A stretch of DNA of 64,000 bases from Owenia fusiformis (taxonomy: Eukaryota): assembly GCA_903813345.2 (NCBI GenBank), contig CAIIXF020000001.1, positions 31,992,001-32,056,000 on the forward strand. Direction: 5' to 3'. Shown one piece after another: positions 58,773-64,000 of this stretch (positions within the stretch are counted from its first letter, which is position 1; the number at the start of each line of letters is the position of its first letter). Below the pieces are notes generated by a model that was given only the letters and a program-made list of their open reading frames with translations, searched no databases and was not told the DNA's origin. The position numbers and the translations under genes were made by a program.

Positions 58773-59792
58773 ACTATAATAACTAGTTATAAGGAACAAT
58801 TTCTTCATTTCAGATCTTCAGATACAATATCCACCACATATCTAATCGTAACAGGAACATTGCAATTGCATATTGTTTTTCATATGATACTTTTTTTTAT
58901 TAATTTTCACAATACTATTTCTCTAAAATTAGGATAGATGGAACATGATTTTTAAGATAGTATATATACATCATTCATGCTTATATATAAAAATACATTT
59001 TAAGCAGTTTACACCCTCCAATGCCAAAAATGCATGAAGTTTCTTCATCAAACTGTCAAATCAAACAATTTTATTCAAATACATCTGTTTTTACATAATA
59101 AAATTCAGAATATTTAGTTTTTGTTGTTTTCTTAATGAGTAAACTCTTAATTAAAATCAGTATAATAGGGCCAATGTAACACTACATGCCATAAATGAAA
59201 CAATTTTGCTATAATTAGTATTACAAAACTAAATACTGATTGTCATTAAAAGTTGAGAAAAATATTCACCAATCTGGTCTATAATTTTGCTATACCTTGA
59301 TACAATACCACAATCCATCAGTATTTATAGTTTACCTAAATAAATAATAAAAATGCAATCTGACAAATACATAAATCAACTTTATGAATTGAAAAACGGT
59401 TGCTAGAACAGAAATCAACCTCAATTGGAAGTGTATATAAATTGTGAGGTATATTACTGAATATATTCATTACAAGTAGTGAATGTAACAAAAAATATAC
59501 TGTAGATCAGGTATGCTCTACACACTCAGCAAAACGGCTTATCAATTTCAATTTCACAAAAGTAAATCTCTAATTTCAATTTGAAAAATGAATGAAAAGG
59601 CAAGAATTCAACAAACATATTTTAACAACGTAGCACCCAAGGGTGTGATAACTATTGTAGTAGAGTTGAAATGTGTTTGTTAAATACGAATTATTGTCAC
59701 TGCCCTTTTAGGTATTTCATTTACATACTGCAATTGTAGGGCAAAGCCTGCACTCATTCAAAATCCAGTGTCTTAATCCACAATTCATTATT

Positions 59793-60147
59793 TCACCGCC
59801 TGTATCTCTCGGGGGTACGACTACGTCTATGTCCATTACTATGCTTCTTAGCCTTGGGCTTATCATAGTACTTGGAATCATATTTCTCAAAACTACGATC
59901 ACTGGTGTATCGATCTGCAGAAATATATCGGTCCTTGTCTTTATAATATGACTTCTTACTAGTTTTATAGTCTGGTGATCTACTGTATGAGCGTCTATTT
60001 GTATATGGAGACACTGAGGTTTTACGTTTCCGAGTTCTACTCCAATCATCTCGTTTCGATTCTTTCTTGTATTTTCTATGGGGACTTTTATATTTTCTGC
60101 GTGGAGATGAGCTGAAACTGCGACTTCTACTCCTACTGGAGAAACTC
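59793..60147 (-). CDS. CCNL1: Cyclin L last exon (RS domain)
   Basis: [17 protein letters not shown]...[10 protein letters not shown]. Confidence 0.88.
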
Positions 60148-62968
60148 CTGAAATCAAACACATTTTTTAATTGACACATAAAAGCACATTTTTTAATTGA
60201 CACATAAAAGCACAGTTTGCAATTCTTACTAAAACCATTTGTGGGTACTATTTTTTAGGAGGACTATCTTCTTAAGAAAAGTTGTGACACTATGTTAATT
60301 TAAAATAGACCAAATAATCTGATAACTAGTACTTAAGTTATCAGAATTTATAATTCTTGTGTTGAATAGTGGCCATTTTTAAAAAATTAACTTTTAATTC
60401 AGAGACCATCTTGAAAATGACTTCTATGTCCCGAGGGCATGGGCATATAATATCTGAACTAAATCCACCAACCCAAGGCAAAGATAAATAACATTTTATA
60501 TGAAAATTTGTGATCATTCTGAATTGAACGGATACATTGAATATTCCTTTAGAACAGATATTCATCAGCCCAAAAAAATCAAACCAAGACCATGAAATGG
60601 ATTTGAGTTATTGCCTGGACAGATGAACAGCTCCCATATTTCCCGTCACAGTGGAATTACCGATTTTCTCTCAAAAACAACAAAAACACATACCTTGAAC
60701 GACTTCGACTATAATGACGTTTCTTTTTCTTTGACACATAATTGTTACGCCCACTGAAAAACAAAATTTTAGTACATTCGATTTTACTATTCATTTTTTG
60801 CGCATGAACTCGGTATGGAAGCCTAAATGATGTAAAAGTTACAAGTAATATAATCAATTACTTTTTACTTGGCTCATCTTGAGTCTATTTTGCCAATAAA
60901 AAAGAAATCCAACGTTAACTACATCATATTTGAAGATTTCTCTGAAGTTTCATTAGAATTTCTGATAATAAAACAAAAACAAACACTGTATTATCACCTA
61001 TTGGCGCACAGTGCGCTTGTGAAATTGAGGTGAAATACCATGGAATAGGAGAGAAATCAATCCAATAAAGTCCCAATAAACTCAAAACTATTGAACATCT
61101 AACCATAATACTAAGTAAAACAACAGCTGATGGAATCCTATTTGATTACATTCCTACCTTCCACTGTGATCAGATGTGTCCTCGTCCTTCTGTCTCTTCA
61201 GATTTTGGACACTCAGAGGTGAAGGACTAATATTTTTGGGAGAGTCTAAAAAAACAACAAATCATGATTTATCAATCTGAGATACTCAGCATAGCCAGTA
61301 AGAAAATGGCATAGTCATGATGCAAAAAATCCATTTGAGTATACAAAATTAGCTACAATAAATCACTGTACAGTACATTTCACATTTTAATTTAGACCTC
61401 CAGCTTATGAGTAACACTGGTGATCCACTCGATTACGCTGGTTACCAAAACGAACAGTTTTGGTAAATGTACATATTTGCGAAAAAATAGCTCAGAGGAC
61501 AACAGAATCGTTGATTTACTTCCTCACTTAAGTTACATAAACGGTTTTTTCGAAAAACAGTTAAGATCTGCACTTTTAACCCAAACCGTTTATGTAACTT
61601 AAGTAGGAAGTAAATCGACGATTCTGTTGTCTTCTGAACTATTTGTTCGCAAATATGTACACTTTCTTAAACATATGATACCTGATACACGTTTGTGTTA
61701 AAAAAATGTCGTGAGAATTCTGCCTACAACGTGTAAAATAAGGAAACGAGAAAAATCGTACCTTCCGGATGTTCCGACATTTTGTTACCAAAACGAACCG
61801 TTTTGGTAACCAGCGTAATCGAGTGGATCACCAGTGAGTAAGGCAATATCTTTACATTGTAACTGAACTGTATTAAGAGCACTGTAAGGTTGGGTGCCCC
61901 GAGAGATTTCATGCTGTGGTGGCAAAAGTATGGCAGCTAATATAAAATGTTAATGCTTACTATGTGTAGAATTTGGAGTATTGGAAGAGGACAGTCCCTT
62001 CATCTTCAGCTTGGCTTCAACATGGAGCTTCTTACACTCATTCACCTTTGCTTCAAGTTTGTCTAGGTTAGGCTAAAATATACAATACTTTTTATGTAGC
62101 ATCAAAGTATCCAACAGGTAATACAGAGTATAAAATACAGGGGGACAGAAAAATGCGATCATCAATTTTGGAAAAACTTTTTCATAAACAATGGATATTC
62201 TTGTAAAGTGAAGTGTTCAATGCATGAAGCAATGGTGTTCTTACATGGCATTAACAACATTGGGGTTAAGAGAGATTGTACACTTTTCATCTATCAATGC
62301 TCTCATCCAAAATTGCAAGTTCATGAATCTGTTCTATAAAAGTGGGTTGTTAAGATTTAATATATTATTGATAATATGCAGTGTCTCCCCAGGATTTTTT
62401 CTTAAGTGGGTGCAAAATTTTCATTTAACAATTAAAGTCCAAAATTGGTCAAAATATGCCCATTCAAACATGATTTTTGCCATTTCAAGTGCATGCAAAT
62501 GAAATCTCAGGTGGGTGCAAGCCTATTTTCAAAATGTCAGATGGGTGCTGCACTAAAATGGCCGCCTTTTTAAATGAGCGGCCATTTTGAAAATCGGCTT
62601 TTGAGCAGAACTTCTACCCCTAAATATGAACAAAATCGGATCAACGGTATATCCCTCCGAACTTTGTTTGATGGGATAATTAATTTTACCTTCCTTAATC
62701 TAAGATAGCAGTCAACCATTAAGATTTGAAATTCTGAATAAAATTCAGTATACTTTAGATTACCTTTGAGCGGGCGTAGAGCCTGAGGATTGTAAGGCAA
62801 ATCTCTGTTATATGGTGTTCCTCTTGGTTTAGTATAGAGAACCAAGGTGGATTGTAAGGAAGGGGAATCTGTAGCTGTCTAGCAGCCAGGTAAATGCAAG
62901 CACATGCTATCGTCTCAGGATCATATTGCACAAAGACATCTGTTCGGAAACTATCATTCATGTAGTTC
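59793..62968 (-). CDS. CCNL1: Cyclin L, 3' five exons (second cyclin box plus RS domain); 5' part lies beyond the window
   Basis: join(62968-62764,62072-61961,61245-61158,60753-60694,60147-59793); [30 protein letters not shown] is characteristic of cyclin L; RS-rich tail; phases compatible. L1 vs L2 is not resolvable. Confidence 0.93.
61415..61836. mobile_element. Transib-like MITE in a cyclin L intron
   Basis: 38-bp perfect TIR CACTGGTGATCCACTCGATTACGCTGGTTACCAAAACG; 5-bp TSD AGTAA (61410-61414 / 61837-61841). Confidence 0.75.
62764..62968 (-). CDS. CCNL1: Cyclin L cyclin-box exon
   Basis: [43 protein letters not shown]...LYARSK. Confidence 0.95.
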
Positions 62969-63571
62969 CTATAACAAAAGAGTATACATTTATCTTGCTC
63001 TTTAACTATCATTAATCTATCAATTTTTGAAGCATTATTTTTAAACCATAGTGCCTTATATCAATTTTCCATTTGAGATTCAATTTGAACTACTATGCAA
63101 AAATAAGTGCCGCCAAAGATTAATAGATTGATGTTTGATACAGTTTCAAAGTTTGAAAGTATTTTGTATACAGTACTTTATATGTAATGATTTCGAATAT
63201 AAAGGGCCCATATAACAAGTGAAAATCATAATTACCTTTTCAATCAATTCCACAGAACACCATATCTGGTCTTTGGACATTGGGTTAATCAAATCAAGAT
63301 TTTCGGATATACTCAAAAATGGAGAAAACAAATACATATGAAATTGTTCTGATAAACTTTTATATGGATTTTTATCAAAGGCAAAGGAAGATGGTTCAAA
63401 ATTAATGTGATTTTAGTCAATGTTCTTATATGAAGATGTATCAATATTTACTTGTATTTTTATGTTATTTAAATTGAATATATCAGAAGATCATGATTTC
63501 AATAAACCAATGTTTTCTCTAAAATAAAACGTTAACAGCAACTGATGCAGAATATATAGCAATAGTCTTAC

Positions 63572-63638
63572 TGGTGGATTTTACTGTTATGTGTAGCTTA
63601 ACTCCATCTTTGGGTCCAGCCGGGATCTCTGTGGGCCA
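63572..63638 (-). other. Candidate stop-containing (poison) cassette exon of cyclin L
   Basis: Branch-like GCTAAT, acceptor TGTTTTAG, 67-nt exon with in-frame TAA, donor GTAAGA. Confidence 0.5.
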
Positions 63639-64000
63639 CTAAAACACATGGATCTCACAGGAGATTAGCATTGGGACATTCTTGGCACAACTATGCAGAA
63701 TGTGTACTTTTTAACTTTTAAGTTATTGTCTTTACTTCAAAGTTCTTGAATATCAAACTGCTCCATGCAAAAGTTACTTTATAACATTGATGTTTGTTTA
63801 ATCCATTTCTAGCTTTCCAAAATCCTTATTTTTACAACTAGGATTAAAGCTAATAGTTTATCTATAAATAGATCTTATATTATGCTCTAATTAACACAAC
63901 CCAATGGCACTATGCCTTATTCTGGCAACCTAGATTGTATCCTCCACGCTGCTGCGAAGCTGGTGGCTTGCGAGTAGTGAGGGTGGAACATGTTAGGCTG

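Overview
AT-rich, intron-rich animal genomic DNA; the repeat content suggests a marine invertebrate (inference). Four spliced genes were reconstructed by hand from GT-AG boundaries: (1) the last coding exon of CHERP (+, 731-927); (2) a complete 11-exon TMEM8/PGAP6-family gene (-, 39483-4153, 872 aa); (3) an unnamed secreted mosaic protein (-, from 57344; signal peptide, two copies of an unrecognised Cys module, 2 TSP1, 3 EGF-type modules); (4) the 3' half of cyclin L (-, 62968-59793) with a candidate poison exon. A tRNA-Arg(ACG) lies head-to-head with the TMEM8 start. Introns are packed with mobile DNA. The largest is an intact ~12 kb Ty3/gypsy element with apparently identical 964-bp LTRs, one gag-pol ORF ending in a chromodomain, a structured 3-kb leader and a duplicated hairpin+PPT module, nested in a CAC...GTG DNA transposon. 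Others include a three-level nested transposon stack, three Helentron-associated (HINE-like) satellite-carrying families, hAT-like MITEs with 8-, 6- and 5-bp TSDs, a Transib-like MITE with RSS-like ends, a Penelope relic with a decayed hammerhead, and mariner and LINE relics. All calls are by eye; no database searches were run.
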